64,000 bases of DNA from Chiloscyllium plagiosum. Lineage: Eukaryota. The position numbers were made by a program, and so were the translations under genes. This document shows positions 25,469 to 38,644 of this stretch, piece by piece (position 1 is the stretch's first letter; every line of letters begins with the position of its first letter). The stretch covers positions 6,352,699 through 6,416,698 of the forward strand of contig NC_057751.1 in NCBI RefSeq assembly GCF_004010195.1. Reading direction: 5' to 3'. The notes beneath the pieces were generated by a model. That model worked only from the letters and a program-made list of their open reading frames with translations, was not told the origin of the DNA and searched no databases.

Positions 25469-25995
25469 CATACTCACATTCTTTCTCTAGGAAGGACAGC
25501 ATGCTATTAGGTTTCCTCACTGCCTGTTGCACCTGCATTGCAACCTTCAGTGACTGCTTCACCATGACACCAGGTCTTGTTGCACCTCACTTTTTTCTAA
25601 ACTACCACCATTCAGATAATAACCTTGTAGAGGTTTATAAAACCATGAGAGGCATAGATAGGTTAAATAGCCAAGGTTTTTTCCCAGGGTGGGGGACTCC
25701 AAAACTAGATTGCACAGGTTTAAGGTGAGAGGGGAAGATTTAAAAGGGACCTAAATAGCAATTTTTACACGCAGAGGGTAGCGAATGTATAGAATGAGCT
25801 GCCAGATGAGATGGTGGAGGCTGGTCCAATTACAACATATAAAAGGCATCTGGATGGGTACATGAATAAGAAGCGTTCAAAAGGATATGGGCCAAGTGCT
25901 GGCAAATGGATCTTGATCAGATTGGGATGTCTGATCGGCACAGATGAGTTGGTTCAAAGGGCCTATTTCTATGCTGCATGACTTTCTGACTGTGT
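25469..25995. mobile_element. CR1 fragments (short minus piece, then + strand 3' end from about 25625)
   Basis: VAMQVQQAVRKPNSML on minus; EVYKTMRGIDR and 3' UTR on plus. Confidence 0.85.
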
Positions 25996-27009
25996 GAACT
26001 TAATCTCTTCTCTCATCTGACTTAATTTCTGGTTTAAGTTTGTGAGGGTATTGTGTTAGGGGTAATACATCACCCACATTAAATCATGAAGACGCAAAAC
26101 CATTTTTCCTGGCTAATTCCTGCAAATTGATTTATAACTCTGCAATAACCTTTGTAAGTAACAAAAATTGATTCCTAATTGTACAACAGTCTTTCTCAGT
26201 CGCCTTTATCATTTTCAAGATGATAAAATATTACACTCTATACACCTTGCATGGACCTCCATGTTTTCCAGTCTGATTTCTGGAGGATTAACTTTTGAAT
26301 TTTCAATTTATGGTTTACTCTCCAATTGTTCTGATATTTCTATTTTATTTCCAACATCTTGTATGACCCACCGTAAGTACACTTTTGTCCTGTCTGTAAG
26401 TCATTGTATTTTTTCAGCATATTAAAATGAAGCACTCCTTGATTTGGTTTTCCCCTGCCCAATTCACATAATTAAACTTTTTTTTGATTTGATAAGGTCC
26501 AGTGAATTTTACTTTTAATTGTTCGCCAGAGAAAGGTAGCATTGCCAATATCTTGTCTCCAGCAACAAAATTTCCAACTTTAGCCATTTAATCTACTCTA
26601 GTTTCATTATGTGAACTCTCTTCAAGTACTTTTTTGCCAACTCACAGCCTTTGGTCAGTTTCTGTCTAAAACTCAAATCACAGGTTGCAAGCATAGTCCC
26701 TGAGCTTTGGATTATCACTTTTTAAAATCACATCATATGGTCTTCTCAATTGAGATCTGTGTAATAATTGAAAAGAACAAAGCCTGTGGACAAATGAGGA
26801 GCATTCTTAATGTTAATAACAACCAAGAAATTTCCTTAGCTTCACTCAAGTATTTTAAATAATCCTCTGCTATCTTCTAATTCCAGAAAGAACAACTCAA
26901 AGTTATTCAAAGTCCCTTCACCTGCTGTGCAGTGAACTTCAACACTAAACAGCTGTTTCATTTCCGCAGCTAACATGTACTTGACACAGATCTCTGATTT
27001 GTTATCCAT

Positions 27010-27545
27010 CCATGATTACCTTTGAGAAGGTGATGGTGAGCTGCAGACTTGAATTTCTGCACTCACCTGACGTAACTGCAACCATACTGGAAGAGAATTT
27101 GAAGATTTTGGCCCAGTCGCTATTATGGTGTTTCCAAGTCAGGTAGATGACTATCTTGTACATTCTGGTGTCCCCTTGCACCCATTATCTTGCCCCCCCC
27201 TCCAAAGTTGAGGTCACGGATTTGGACTGTGCTTTCACAAAGCTTTGGTGAATTGCTACAGTGCATCTTGCAAGTGGTACACACTGTGCCATCTGTGTGC
27301 TGGTAGTGGAGAAAGGGAATGTTTGAGCCTCTTGTTGATTCTGCGCTCATTCTAAGTTGCAACTTGCAGTTGGCTGAGAGGCTTTGGGCATTAAAAGGTG
27401 AATTATTTGTTTAATATCTGACCTCTGACCTGTTCTTGTAGTCATAGTTTGTGTGTAACTGGCCCAGTTAAATTTTGTTGAAGGTAGCCCCCAGGATGTT
27501 GATGGTGTTATGATGATATTATGGCTGTAAGAGGTATACTTTGTC
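27010..27545 (-). mobile_element. Second-family LINE remnant
   Basis: Homologous by eye to 20290-20900. Confidence 0.55.
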
Positions 27546-27599
27546 CTGTTTTTCTTTATCAAGACAGGTTGAAACAGAAGTGAAGAGCAGTCTGTTCAA

Positions 27600-28290
27600 A
27601 GCCAATAGAGTAAACAGCTTGTGAGGTCTTGTGAGGCCTAAGTAAATAAATCTCCTGCACTTGATGATCTGAATCCCAGAGTGTTTTAAAAAGTGGATAT
27701 GCATATCGTGGATATGTCAGTGGTCATCTTTCAAACTTTTGCAAACTGTGGAATGGTCCCTGGAGTTTACAAGTTGGTAAATGTAACCCTTCCGTTTAAA
27801 AATAGGACAGGGAGAAAATTTGTGCAATAACAAACCTGTTAGTTTCTTGCGATGCAAAGGGAAAATGCCAGAATCTATATTACAGGATGCAAATCAAGAC
27901 ACTCAAAAATAATGAAAAGGTGGGCAGAGTCAGCATAGATTCATGAAAGGGGAAATCATGTTTGACAAACCCTGAGGAGTTTTCTTTGAGGGTGCAATGA
28001 GCGTAAAAGATAAAATGGGAACTGGAGGATGTGGTATCTTTAGGTTTTCACAGCTGCCCATCCAGGAGGTTTGCAAAGCCATCTCGGACTTATGTGAGAA
28101 GGACTCAGAGGGCTGTGAAGGCTTAATCATTGACTTTATTAAAGACCGAGATTTATAGATTTCTACATATTACAAACATGGAGATATAGTGATAGTGCAG
28201 GAAAATTACTTTGAAACAGAAGTTTGCCAAGATCTCATTGAAGGGTAGGGTGGGCTGAACAGACCTAATAATTTACCCACCCCGCTCCTA
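27600..28290 (+). mobile_element. Old CR1 RT and 3' remnants
   Basis: KSPALDDLNPRVF and NVTLPFK-like motifs of the CR1 RT N-terminus. Confidence 0.65.
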
Positions 28291-28565
28291 TTTCTCCTGT
28301 TCTTATTGAAAGTGCTGCAAATAAATAGAATGTTTTGCAATAAATCACTGAAGCTCCCCACTTCTAACTTGATGATGGAGAGGTCATTGATGAAAATAGT
28401 GTAACTTGGCTGGGGCTAGGCCAACAACCTGATAAGCGTTTGACGTGACTCTTTCGGGCTGAACTGAATGGATTCAAATAACCTCAGCAACCTTCCTTTG
28501 CACATTTCATGAAGCCAGGCAGTGAAGAGTTTTCCCTTGGACTGCCATTTATTTTATTGGTAACA

Positions 28566-28882
28566 GGGCGGCACGGTGGCTCAGTGATTAGTACTGCTGC
28601 CTCACAGCATCAGGGTTCCAGGTTCGATTCCAGCCTTGGGCAACTGTCTGCGTGGAGTTTGCACATTCTCCCCGTGTCTGCGTTGGTTTCCTCCGGGTGC
28701 TCCGGTTTCCTCCCACTGACACAAAGATGTGCAGGTCAGGTGAATTGGTCATGGTAAATTGCCCATAGGTTAGGTGTGTTAGTCAGAGGGAAATGGGTCT
28801 GGGTGGGTTACTCGTCGGAGGTCGGTGTGGATTTGTTGGGCCGAAGGGGCTGTTTCCACACTGTAAGGAATCTAATGTAATC
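28566..28882 (+). mobile_element. HE1-type SINE, full length
   Basis: GGGCGGCACGGTGGCTCAGTG head, V-domain and degenerate TAATC tail. Confidence 0.95.
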
Positions 28883-29133
28883 AAATAAAGTTGACAACCT
28901 GAAATTACATGCAAGACAGAAACTGGCAGCAATTTTGCAGCATGTCTGTGTTAGCGTTTTTTAGATCAATTGTGTAGTGATTTTGCTTTACACTGTTACT
29001 AAATTGGCTGTTTAACTCTTGATGCTGAAAGTGTGCATTGTGAGACCTGCTGATGAAGAACATCTTATTCCTTCATTTTGATGCCTGTAAGCTGAGTACA
29101 ACTTAAACCAGAGTCAAACCGAGTTTTGAAAGT

Positions 29134-29841
29134 TGTTATGAAGATGTGAGTGTGCTGTATCTTTAAGAGAGTTAAAAGCTAGTGGAACTACTTGACACAG
29201 CGCCAAATGTTCTGAAAAAGATATAATGTAACACTTGATCGAACAGTTTGATGAGCTGGGTTGCCTGGAGAAGATAAAACAAATTCTAATTAGGCCAATC
29301 AGTTTAAATTATACCCCCCCCAAAAAAACAAACTCCAATCAAGTTTGAATTTTGTATATTGACAATCCTAAAAGCCAATGACACAATCCGATGCTTTCGG
29401 GGTATAAGACCAGGGAGAATTGAATAGTTGGGAGGAGAACTGCCAGGCCAATATCATGTGCAGACTGCCCTGAGAATCGCTCTCTTAAAGGTACCTTTAT
29501 CGATCCATGACCTGTGAAGCATTATCCCAAAGAAGAAGAAAAGAAGACAGAAGAAGGTCCAAATAGAAGATTTGACAGCTGGCTGGTTTTGAAATTTGAA
29601 TTTTTCAGTAAATCTTAATCGGAGGTTTCATTGGACTAGTATTATAAAAGGGAAGCTAAAAGATAAGCTAAAGGAAGAAATTGTAAATAGTTGTTAGTTA
29701 ATTATTCTCTGTTATAAAGTTGTTAATTTGTACTTGAAATAATTCTTGGCCTCTTGAATTTTCACAGTTTGCTCCATAGGATAAGTTTTTTCTATGTTGC
29801 TGGTTTAAATTAAGCAAGAGGATTTACCCTGTGTCATAACA
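29134..29841 (+). mobile_element. Solo LTR with 4-bp TSD
   Basis: TGTTATGA...TCATAACA perfect 8-bp inverted termini; AAGT duplicated at 29130-29133 and 29842-29845. Confidence 0.9.
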
Positions 29842-31523
29842 AAGTGCTCATGTCTCAAGTTTTTTTACCCAATTTTTAACTTCAGTTTAGTTGCAAATTG
29901 ACCCTCAAAGCTTTGCAAGCTTAACCTCAGAACAATGTTCCATGCTTCCGTGTCATGGATCCTAATCTTTTTCCCTTCCTCCCTTCTTGGGGCCAGTCTT
30001 TGTGCCCCAATCCAATCATCATTCATGCTGGATTGTTCCTTACCTGAGAACTCAACTCCTTCTTCACAACTTATCAAATCCCACATTAATCCAGTTTATC
30101 TGCACTGATGTAGTTGAAGAATTTAATCTTTGCTCAGAAGCCACATTTAGAACTACCTTACTGGACTTACTGACTTATTGCAAAATGAATTTTGCACCCC
30201 TTATCCATGCTATTAAAATCACAGCATGTCAAAGCATAGCAACTTGCTTTGACTGCTAAAATTGCTTCCAAAAGGATTTCATGTCATTGCACAATATTAC
30301 TCATGACCTATGTGGAATGTCGATTTTGTCACAGCGCTGACCCCACACAACAAAAAAGTACCAAACAGTGCATTGTCAATTAGTAATTCGATTCTTCTGG
30401 ACCGTCATTCAGCATATATTGATACAGAATTTATATGTGTAAACTGCCAGAAATAATTTGTTCGATGTCATCTCACCTTGTTTTAGTTTGCAATCATGGG
30501 AGGACCACAGTTTAAGACAGACATCCAAAACGTAAAATTAATCTTTGAACATTGGCTTAATATACACTCGGGACAATAAGTAAACACTTACGTAGATTTC
30601 TGAATCTGATATGGAAAAACAAAAATCAGTAAATATGTTGGTTTCTGAAATAATTTGGACTGGACACTGGGGTGGATTAAATGAATTTTACAGTGCGCTG
30701 TCTCTACTCGTTTGTTTCATTGACAGCAATACTATTACCAGACCATACAGTGGTCTGTTTTATCATTTCATGCCAAGGGCTACACTAATGCTATTAGAGC
30801 TCAGGTGCAGGAACACAGTTTCAAAGCAACCACTATAATAGGATTTTCTTGAGGAACTCTGGACGATGTATCTCTCTGAACAGTCAGGCACAACCAATTG
30901 AAGGAGCCCGAACACAGAGACCTGAAAGAATTTTCAGCAAGGATCATTTTTACATCTCAGCTGCAGAGTACCTGATATGAATAGCACACTTCAAGATCAC
31001 AGATGGAATCAGATATGCCTGTAGTTATAGAGCTTACAACTCATCGTGTGCTGCGCTTGCTTCACAGATTTTACCCTTATAACAAGTACAGCAATATTCC
31101 ATCCAGTGCATTTCAAGTGAACCAGATAAACCTCTCTTTCTCAACAGAGCATTTTCTAAGTTACGCTTCATTGATTGGTAAAAAAAAGACATGTATTTCT
31201 TTCTTTGAATGTTTGACCTCTTTGGACCTTTATCTTGAAGTAGCATAAAGGAAATTCTCCCTAATATCCTGGCCAATATTTATCCCGCAACCAATATGAC
31301 TGAAACAGATAATTTCATCATATTGCATTGCTGTTTGAAGGACTTTGCCCAGTTTGGTTGCTGCCAACAGTGGTTGCTCTTAACAGTACATTTTTTGACT
31401 CTGAAACACATGAGGACTCTGAAGTTCTGAAAGGTTTAAAATAAATGCAAACCTTTTAAATGTTTTTGCTTCATTTTTCTCTTGTTTGGTATCTTTGGTT
31501 TTGCTTGTCTTGTCACTTTGAGG

Positions 31524-31740
31524 TGGAAATGTGTTGCTGGAAAAGCGCAGCAGGTCAGGCAGCATCCAGGGAACAAGAGAATCGACGTTTCGGGCATAAG
31601 CCCTTCTTCAGGAATGATTCCTGAAGAAAGGCTTATGCCCGAAACGTCGATTCTCCTGTTCCCTGGATGCTGCCTGACCTGCTGCGCTTTTCCAGCAATA
31701 CGTTTCCAGCTCTGATCTCCAGCATCTGCAGACCTCACTT
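31524..31740. mobile_element. Fold-back PLE terminus (92-bp arms, 1-nt loop)
   Basis: Arms 31524-31615 and 31617-31708; 16-bp TSD TCTTGTCACTTTGAGG at 31508-31523 and 31741-31756; hammerhead cores on both strands. Confidence 0.95.
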
Positions 31741-32449
31741 TCTTGTCACTTTGAGGCTCTGACTCATGTTAATTTGCAGTTCCATGGATGTTCTCAGGTA
31801 TGTTGTGTTAGCTTGGCTCAGGTGGTGGTCCTATTATTTCCAACGCAGAAGGTTGTGGATTCAGAACCACGGCAAGCCTTCAGTGTATGTCTGAGGAGGA
31901 CACTCCATTGCGATAAAGAAGGTCAGCTTATTGTTATAAGTCCTTTCTTTGTTGTGGAAACTAAACTGAAAATTTGTAAAATTGGTCAGAACAAATTAAC
32001 TAGAATTTATAAAGCTCTTTTTGTGACTTCAGGATGTCCTAAAGCTCTTTGCAGCCACTGTCACTCAGGTGTTGCACTGGAAAATAAGCCCCACTATTCC
32101 CAGAATAATCACAAATCTGAAACCATTTGATCAAAGTCTGCGATACATACGCCAACTTATTACAATAAATTGTCTTCAACCAGTGGCAATTAGGAAATAT
32201 GATTTGTTCACTTATAACTCTACAGTTTAACTCTATGCGTCCTGAAACCTCCCCCCCCTCCCCCTCAAATACAGGTGCACAAAAGCTTTTAGAGTAGAGT
32301 AAGAAATCAGGGAAGCACACTTTTATTACATTGTTCTGAACCACAGAATTCCTTTCCTTCTCTTCAAGCCTTTTCAGCTCTTGGTTGTCGGCATAAAGTT
32401 GTTTGCACATAGCACTCTCTTTCATTTATGCTGAGTCATAAACAGCTCT

Positions 32450-33352
32450 GAGAGTCAAAGAGTCATAGAGATATACAGCATGGAAACAGACCCTTCGGTC
32501 TAACCCATCCATGCCGACCAGATATCCCAACCCAATCTAGTCCCACCTGCCAGCACCCATATCCCTCCAAACCCTTCCTATTCATATACCCATCCAAATG
32601 CCTTTAAAATGTTGCAATTGTACCAGCCTCCACCACTTCCGCCGGCAGCTCATTTCATACACATACCACCCTCTGAGTGAAAATGTTGCCTGTTACCCGA
32701 AACCTATGCCCTTTGGTTCTGGACTCCCCCACCACAGGGAGAAGACTTTGTCTATTTATCCTATCCAAGCCCCTCATAATTTTGTAAACCTCTATAAGGT
32801 CATCCCTCAGCCTCCGACGCTCCAAGGAAAACAGCCCCAGCCTGTTCAGCCTCTCCCGATAGCTCAGATCCTCCAATCCTGGCAACATTCTTGTAAATCT
32901 TTTCTGAACCCTTTCAAGTTTCACAACATCCTTCCAATAGGAAGGAGACTAGAATTGCACGCAATATTCCAACAGTGGCCTAACCAATGTCCTGTACAGC
33001 TGCAACATGACCTCCCAACTCCTGTACTCAATACTCTGACCAATAAAAGAAAGCATACCAAAGCCTTCTTCACTATCCTATCTACCTGCGACTCCACTTT
33101 CAAGGAGGTATGAACCTGCACTCCAAGGTCTCTTTGTTCAGCAACACTCCCCTAGGACCTTACCATTCAGTGTATAAGTCCTGCTAAGATTTGCTTTCCC
33201 AAAATGCAGCACCGTGCATTTATCTGAATTAAACTCCATCTGCCACTTAGAGGCCCATTGGCCCATTTGATCAAGATCTTGTTGTAATCTGAGTTAACCT
33301 TCTTCGCTGTCCACTACACCTCCAATTTTGGTGTAATCTGCAAATTTACTAA
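32450..33352 (-). mobile_element. CR1/HER1 LINE 3' fragment (young)
   Basis: KLERVQKRFTRMLPGLEDLSYRERLNRLGLFSLERRRLRDDLIEVYK. Confidence 0.97.
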
Positions 33353-34599
33353 CTTACTGGAGACATTCCAGTACCTCCCAATGAAAGATGGATATTGGGA
33401 GATTTTTATTCTTTCTCAATGTAGTTTAGTTGCAGACTTTTCACTGGCTCCACAAGGCCACGGTCACCTGGTCAGGAGCCAATCAAAATGTTGTCATTTA
33501 GCAGTGTTTCCCAAATTCAGAACTCATCATCTCCATGCTGTCTACTTTTGCTTACACTAGTCCAGGAAATGCAGCATTAAATACAACTTGCAATGTGATC
33601 CAGTAAACATGATTTTTGGAACCGCAGCCATCTCTCTGCACAGTACCCTTCGTTGAAAGCAGTCCCTTCCTTTTTAGTTCACTGTCAGAAAATAAGAAAA
33701 TGAAAAGCTGTAGACTCAAACCAAAGGATTTGTCAGGTTTAGCAACATAGTAGTACAGTAAGTATTGTTGCCAACTTCAGCACAGCAAGATCCGAATAAC
33801 AAGACTGAGGTAATTTCCAAATAATGGAGCTGGCTTGGACTACTATGAAAAGGTGATCACAAGTTAGCAGATTGTTTTCTATCTTTTTTGAATCTTATCT
33901 CCACCCAAGTGAAACCTATCCTGTCATGTTTGTGAGGTTTTGCAAGTGATAAATATTGACTAGTGCACTGGGATGCTCTGAGCCATATGCAAGACTTATG
34001 CTAAGGCACTATATAAATGTAAGTCTTCTTTTATTTGATATGGAAGGTTGTACAAGGTGAACAATGAGACACTGTGTTCTATAAAAGGATGCTGACAACA
34101 CTCTTGATGATCTTTGGAGTGCGTATCAGTGTTTCTTGAAGAGTTAGTTACACTATGTACTGGACATTTAGATCATTACTACAACAAAAAAAACACTCAA
34201 TTGCATTTATCTGACCCGCTCAAAGCTGTGAACTGACTTGCATATTAATTGTTGTGGATAATGAGGGTGCCATCAACCCTCTTTTTCCTTTGAAAACCAT
34301 GAAATCAATCAGCTAAACTATTGCTGTCACAATCTGTGTGTCCAGGGAACAGCCTGATGGATAAAGCTTTATAGTCGGCAAGAATGCTTGCCTGTTACAC
34401 AAATGTTGACTAGCGGATCAAATTTTCTGCAAGGAATTAATTAGACTGGGGCAAGGCCAGATCTGTGAACTTATATGTTTGTTCTTTCCACTTTCATGGA
34501 AGCTATCCAGCATTTTCAAGATAAACACCCATTCATCATGTTGAAGACACATCAGGGCGAGTCTGAGTACAATTGCGGGACCCCCCTTCACCCCCACAT

Positions 34600-35035
34600 T
34601 TGCCTGGGTGAGTGCAGCTCCAACAACACTCAAGAAGCTTGACACCATCCAGAGCAAAACAGGCTGCTTGATTGGCATCATGTTCACAAACATTCACTCC
34701 ATCCACACTGATGCTGAGTAGCAGCAGTGTGTATCATCTAAAGGAAACTGCAGAAATTCACCAAGGTGCTTCATTCAGCACCAGGCGTGCACCACCAACT
34801 TCAAATTACCCTTACCATCAAACTACTCACCATTCCGACTTGGAAATACTTGACTGTTCCTTCAGTGTCACTGGGTCAAAATCTTGATACTGTCTCCCGA
34901 ACATCATTGTGGGTCAACCTACAGAACATGGACTGCAGCGGAACAAGAAGGCAATTCTCCACCACCTTCTCAAGAGCAACGAGGGATGGACAATAACTAC
35001 TGGCCCAGCTGGTGACAGCTACATCCCTTGAAATA
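34600..35035 (+). mobile_element. Second-family LINE 3' end
   Basis: Reverse complement of the 20250-20710 region. Confidence 0.75.
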
Positions 35036-35049
35036 TAAAATAATAAATG

Positions 35050-36070
35050 GCTGTCAAAGCATAGGTGAGGCCATGTTTAGACACTGTGGACAATTCTCGT
35101 CATCCTGCTATCGGACCGTTGTTATTAAACTGGGAAGGGTGCAAAAAAGATGTTCTAGGATGTTACCAAAACTGGAAGGTTTGAGTTACAAGGAGAGGCT
35201 GGAAAGGCTAGGACTTTTTTCCCTGAAGCATTGGAGGCTGAGGGTTGATCATATAGGAGCATAGAAAAGGTGGATAGCCAAAATCTTTTCCCCCATGTAG
35301 GGATTCCAAAACGAGAAGGTATAGTTTTAAGATGAGAGGACAAAGATTTAAAAAGGACCTGAGGAGAAGGTTCCTCACACATGAGGTTTACAAATTAAGA
35401 ATGAGGGGCCTGGATAGGGTAAATATGCAAAGGTATTTTCCCTGGGATGGGCGAGTGCAAAACTGGAGGACATAGGTTTAGGGTGAGAGGGGAAAGATTT
35501 AAAAGGGACCCATGGGGCAACTTTTTTACACAGAGGGTGGTGTGTGCATAGAATGAGCTGCCAGAGGAAGTGGCAGAGGCTGGTACAATTACAACATTTA
35601 AAGGCATCTGGATGGGTCGACAAATTGTAAGCGTTTAGAGGGTATATGGGCCAAGTGCTGGTAAATGGGACGCCAGAGGAAGTGGCAGAGGCTGGTACAA
35701 TTACAACATTTAAAGGCATCTGGATGGGTCGACAAATTGTAAGCATTTAGAGGAGATATGGACCAAGTGCTGGTAAATGGGACTAGATTTATTAATGATA
35801 TCTGGTCAGCATGGATGAGTTGGACCAAAGGGTCTGTTTCCATGCTGTACATCTCTATGACTTTATGAGGATGATACATGTATTGATTAAGCTGCCCAAG
35901 GAAGTAGTCGAGGCAGGTACAATTATAACACTTAAGACATTTGGACAGGTACATGAATAGTTAAAGGTCTATGGACCAAATGCAGGAAGTTTGGCCTAGA
36001 TCAGTTTCGGGAACTGGTTGGCATGGACGAGTTGGGTCGAAGGGCCTGTTTCTGTGCCATATGACTGTAT
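35050..36070 (+). mobile_element. CR1 3' fragment with a nested younger CR1 (about 35387-35864)
   Basis: CR1 peptides; ATGAGG repeated at 35381 and 35865; internal 112-bp tandem duplication. Confidence 0.9.
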
Positions 36071-37936
36071 AAAATAAAACATTTAGCTCTCACAGCGCAG
36101 CAATTTGAACTTTTCTTGCCCATTTAATTTAACAGAATATCACGAGGAGTTCCAATTTGTCAAGCAAAACTTGAAACTGAGCCACTTTAGCAGGTAATGG
36201 GGCTGATGTCACAAAGCTTGGTCACAAATGTCTTAAATGAGGCAGTGAGATCTGGGAGAAAAGTTTAAGGTCTGGCAGATGAAGGGTTGAATGCCAAGAG
36301 TAGAATGATTAAAATTGAGGATGTGCAAAATGCCAGAATTAGATTAGCATGGACATTTCGAAGGTTCTAAAGACTGGAGGAGATAAAGAGTTGGGGAATG
36401 GTGAGACCATGGTGTGATTTGAAAACAAGGGCCTGTTATGATCAGTCCTCCCACAAGGTTCCAAACAGAATATATTAAATCACTAAATTCCCCGTTGAGG
36501 AAGGATGAACTGGCTCCCCTGATTTATTTACTCACCCCTTGGTTGGTTGCAACAAGATTAATTTATAAAAAAGGACTCTTTCTCTTGAGGCCCCTTTCTT
36601 CTTACCCAAATGAACTTATACTTTAAAAGGAGCCAGTTTAAGTAGGCTTTCTTGAGTTACTATTAGAATGAGTCTATTAATTACTTAATAAGAAAAGAAA
36701 CGAGAACACCACATGCAGAATGAGAGTACGAAGGAGTCCGAGACTACAGATTTTACAAATGTACACTGATCGTTATTCATGAAGAGTAGATTGCATCATG
36801 TTGCAGGCATTACACCAGTCGGTAACAAGGTGTGATATTTGAGCTTAAACAATTGATTTTGAGATTCTTGACTTTGCAGTTTGACTGAAATTCTTTTGTC
36901 CTGGTTTGTTTCAAGGGTGGCTGATCTGCAGAAGGAAAGCCATTTTCTTATTTACCTGTTCTCAAACAGTGACCTTCATGGTGCGCTGGTCTACACAAGA
37001 TTATGTAGCACACAGACTTGGGTTTCAATCAGTGTTAACCCCTTTTTTGTCTGTCTTTGCAAGGGTAAAGCAGGGACAAGTCTACAAAGTGTGCCTTCCT
37101 GCTAAGAGGATGGTGAGTCGTCAGCTCTTCATTATCTCTTACCTTTTAGTCTTTGTGTTTGAAATTCCCCTGACTCTGTACCAGTGTGGCATTCCATGGG
37201 TCCACACAGGACTCGACCGGACAGTCATTGAATTGAATTCTGTGGTTAACATTTGGCTGGAGCAAAATTCTTTTTAAAAAATAACACACACGTTAGAATG
37301 AGAAAAATATCTGTGAATGCTTTGGGGTTCTGATCTGCCACTGTGATACCAGGAACACAGGCCAAGACAAACAGGTGTGATGGCGATTGTTAGGACATAG
37401 CTGGCAGTTTTAATAAAACTCAAGGAGAAAGCATCGATAGTGTGGTGCAGGAAAAGCACCGCAGGTCTGGTAGCATCCGAGGAGCAGAAGAATCGACTTT
37501 TCAGGCATCAGCCCTTCATCAGGAATCTCTCAAGTATAGAGAGAGTGGATCATGGAAAGCTGGCAAGGATTAGTTGAGTAGTCAAGTCCAGAGTCAACGA
37601 AGACAGAAATGAAGCTTTATGAGCAGGTGCGCTGAGGCAGGGTTGGACTAAGTCCAGCACTGCAGTGTGAGTGCACACGTGAACCAAGAGATTCCAGTGA
37701 TTGATCAAAATTGAGCTTCAGTCTCAGCAGAATATTTCAGGTACACGACTGCAGTTAATTTCTGGAATGGAGAACTCGTAGGGGTGCAGGGAAGTGTTGT
37801 GCAGTATCGCAGATGGGGATGATGTCTCCCTGCTCTTGTTGACTCAGCAGAAAGTTTTTCTTTAGAAAAGAAAAATACGTGAACGTTCACTTTTAGTTGG
37901 CAGGTGTGAGGGCCCTTGAAGAGTTAATGAGTGGAG

Positions 37937-38182
37937 TCAAGAGTATGGTGCTGGAAAAGCATAGCAGGTCAGGCAGCATCCGAAGAGCAGGAAGATCAAC
38001 ATTCTGGACAAAAGCCCTTCATCAGGAATAATGCTGAGATCCTCGGGGATGGAGAGCTGATGAAGGGCTTTTGCTCTAAACGTCGCTTTTCCTGTTCCTC
38101 AGATGCTGCCTGATCTGCTGTGCTTTTCCAGCACCACACTCTTAACTCTAATCTCCAGTATCTGCAGTCGTCACTTTCACCA
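37937..38182. mobile_element. Fold-back PLE terminus
   Basis: 15-bp TSD AGTTAATGAGTGGAG at 37922-37936 and 38183-38197; inverted arms each with a decayed hammerhead core. Confidence 0.9.
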
Positions 38183-38644
38183 AGTTAATGAGTGGAGGCA
38201 GATCCAAGTTCTCCCAGCATATCTGAAAAGTAGCTCCCTACAAATGGTGCAATGGAACAGTTCCCTTCCAAGCCATAAACCATCCTGAAATGAAACAATA
38301 TTGCCATCATTGTTGATGGGTCAGAATTCTGAAACGCTCTCCCTGACAGCACTGTGGGTATCCAAACACCCCAAGGACTGCGGTGGCTCACCATTACCTT
38401 TTCCATGGAGATTAGTAATGCACATTAAATGCTGGCCTCCCAGCAATGCCCTCATCACATGAACAGATGAAAAGAACCTCTGTTTTTTGATTAACATCAT
38501 GCTGATTTTAACTCAAATTTAAAAGACTTCAGTGTGTTGCATGTCTCTGGGTTCTGGGTTCAAGTTTCACGCCAAGGATGTTCAAAATGCAACCAAAGAG
38601 GTTGTAAATCTTTCTAATATTTTAGCGGTCAACTATGTGAAGAG

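Larger units (their letters stand above)
24590..26900 (-). mobile_element. Decayed Gypsy pol with integrase-RT-RNase H order (Gmr1-like)
   Basis: Integrase C-terminus FVAGDKILAMLPFSGEQLKVKFTGPYQIKKK (about 26460-26580); RT start NVGDVLPLTQYPHKLKP/QMREEIK (about 26000-26080); RNase H LAVDDCDSGMEAGLLQ...F*KKL...VIYTYHNP (24750-24968). Confidence 0.8.

Noticed and set aside
24840..25565. Longest ORFs in the track (241, 217 and 173 aa)
   Set aside because: Artefacts of reading through the 500-N gap; the same applies to the ORFs across 47074-47320.
31482..31738. Overlapping antisense ORFs with near-identical peptides
   Set aside because: A consequence of the palindromic PLE insertion, not a gene pair.
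31780..31797. 18-nt in-frame micro-exon (TTGCAG ... CAG|GTATGT)
   Set aside because: Weak pyrimidine tract, flanked by repeats and expected by chance.
36434..37290. Possible solo LTR starting TGTTATGA
   Set aside because: No convincing matching end or TSD could be fixed; left unassigned.
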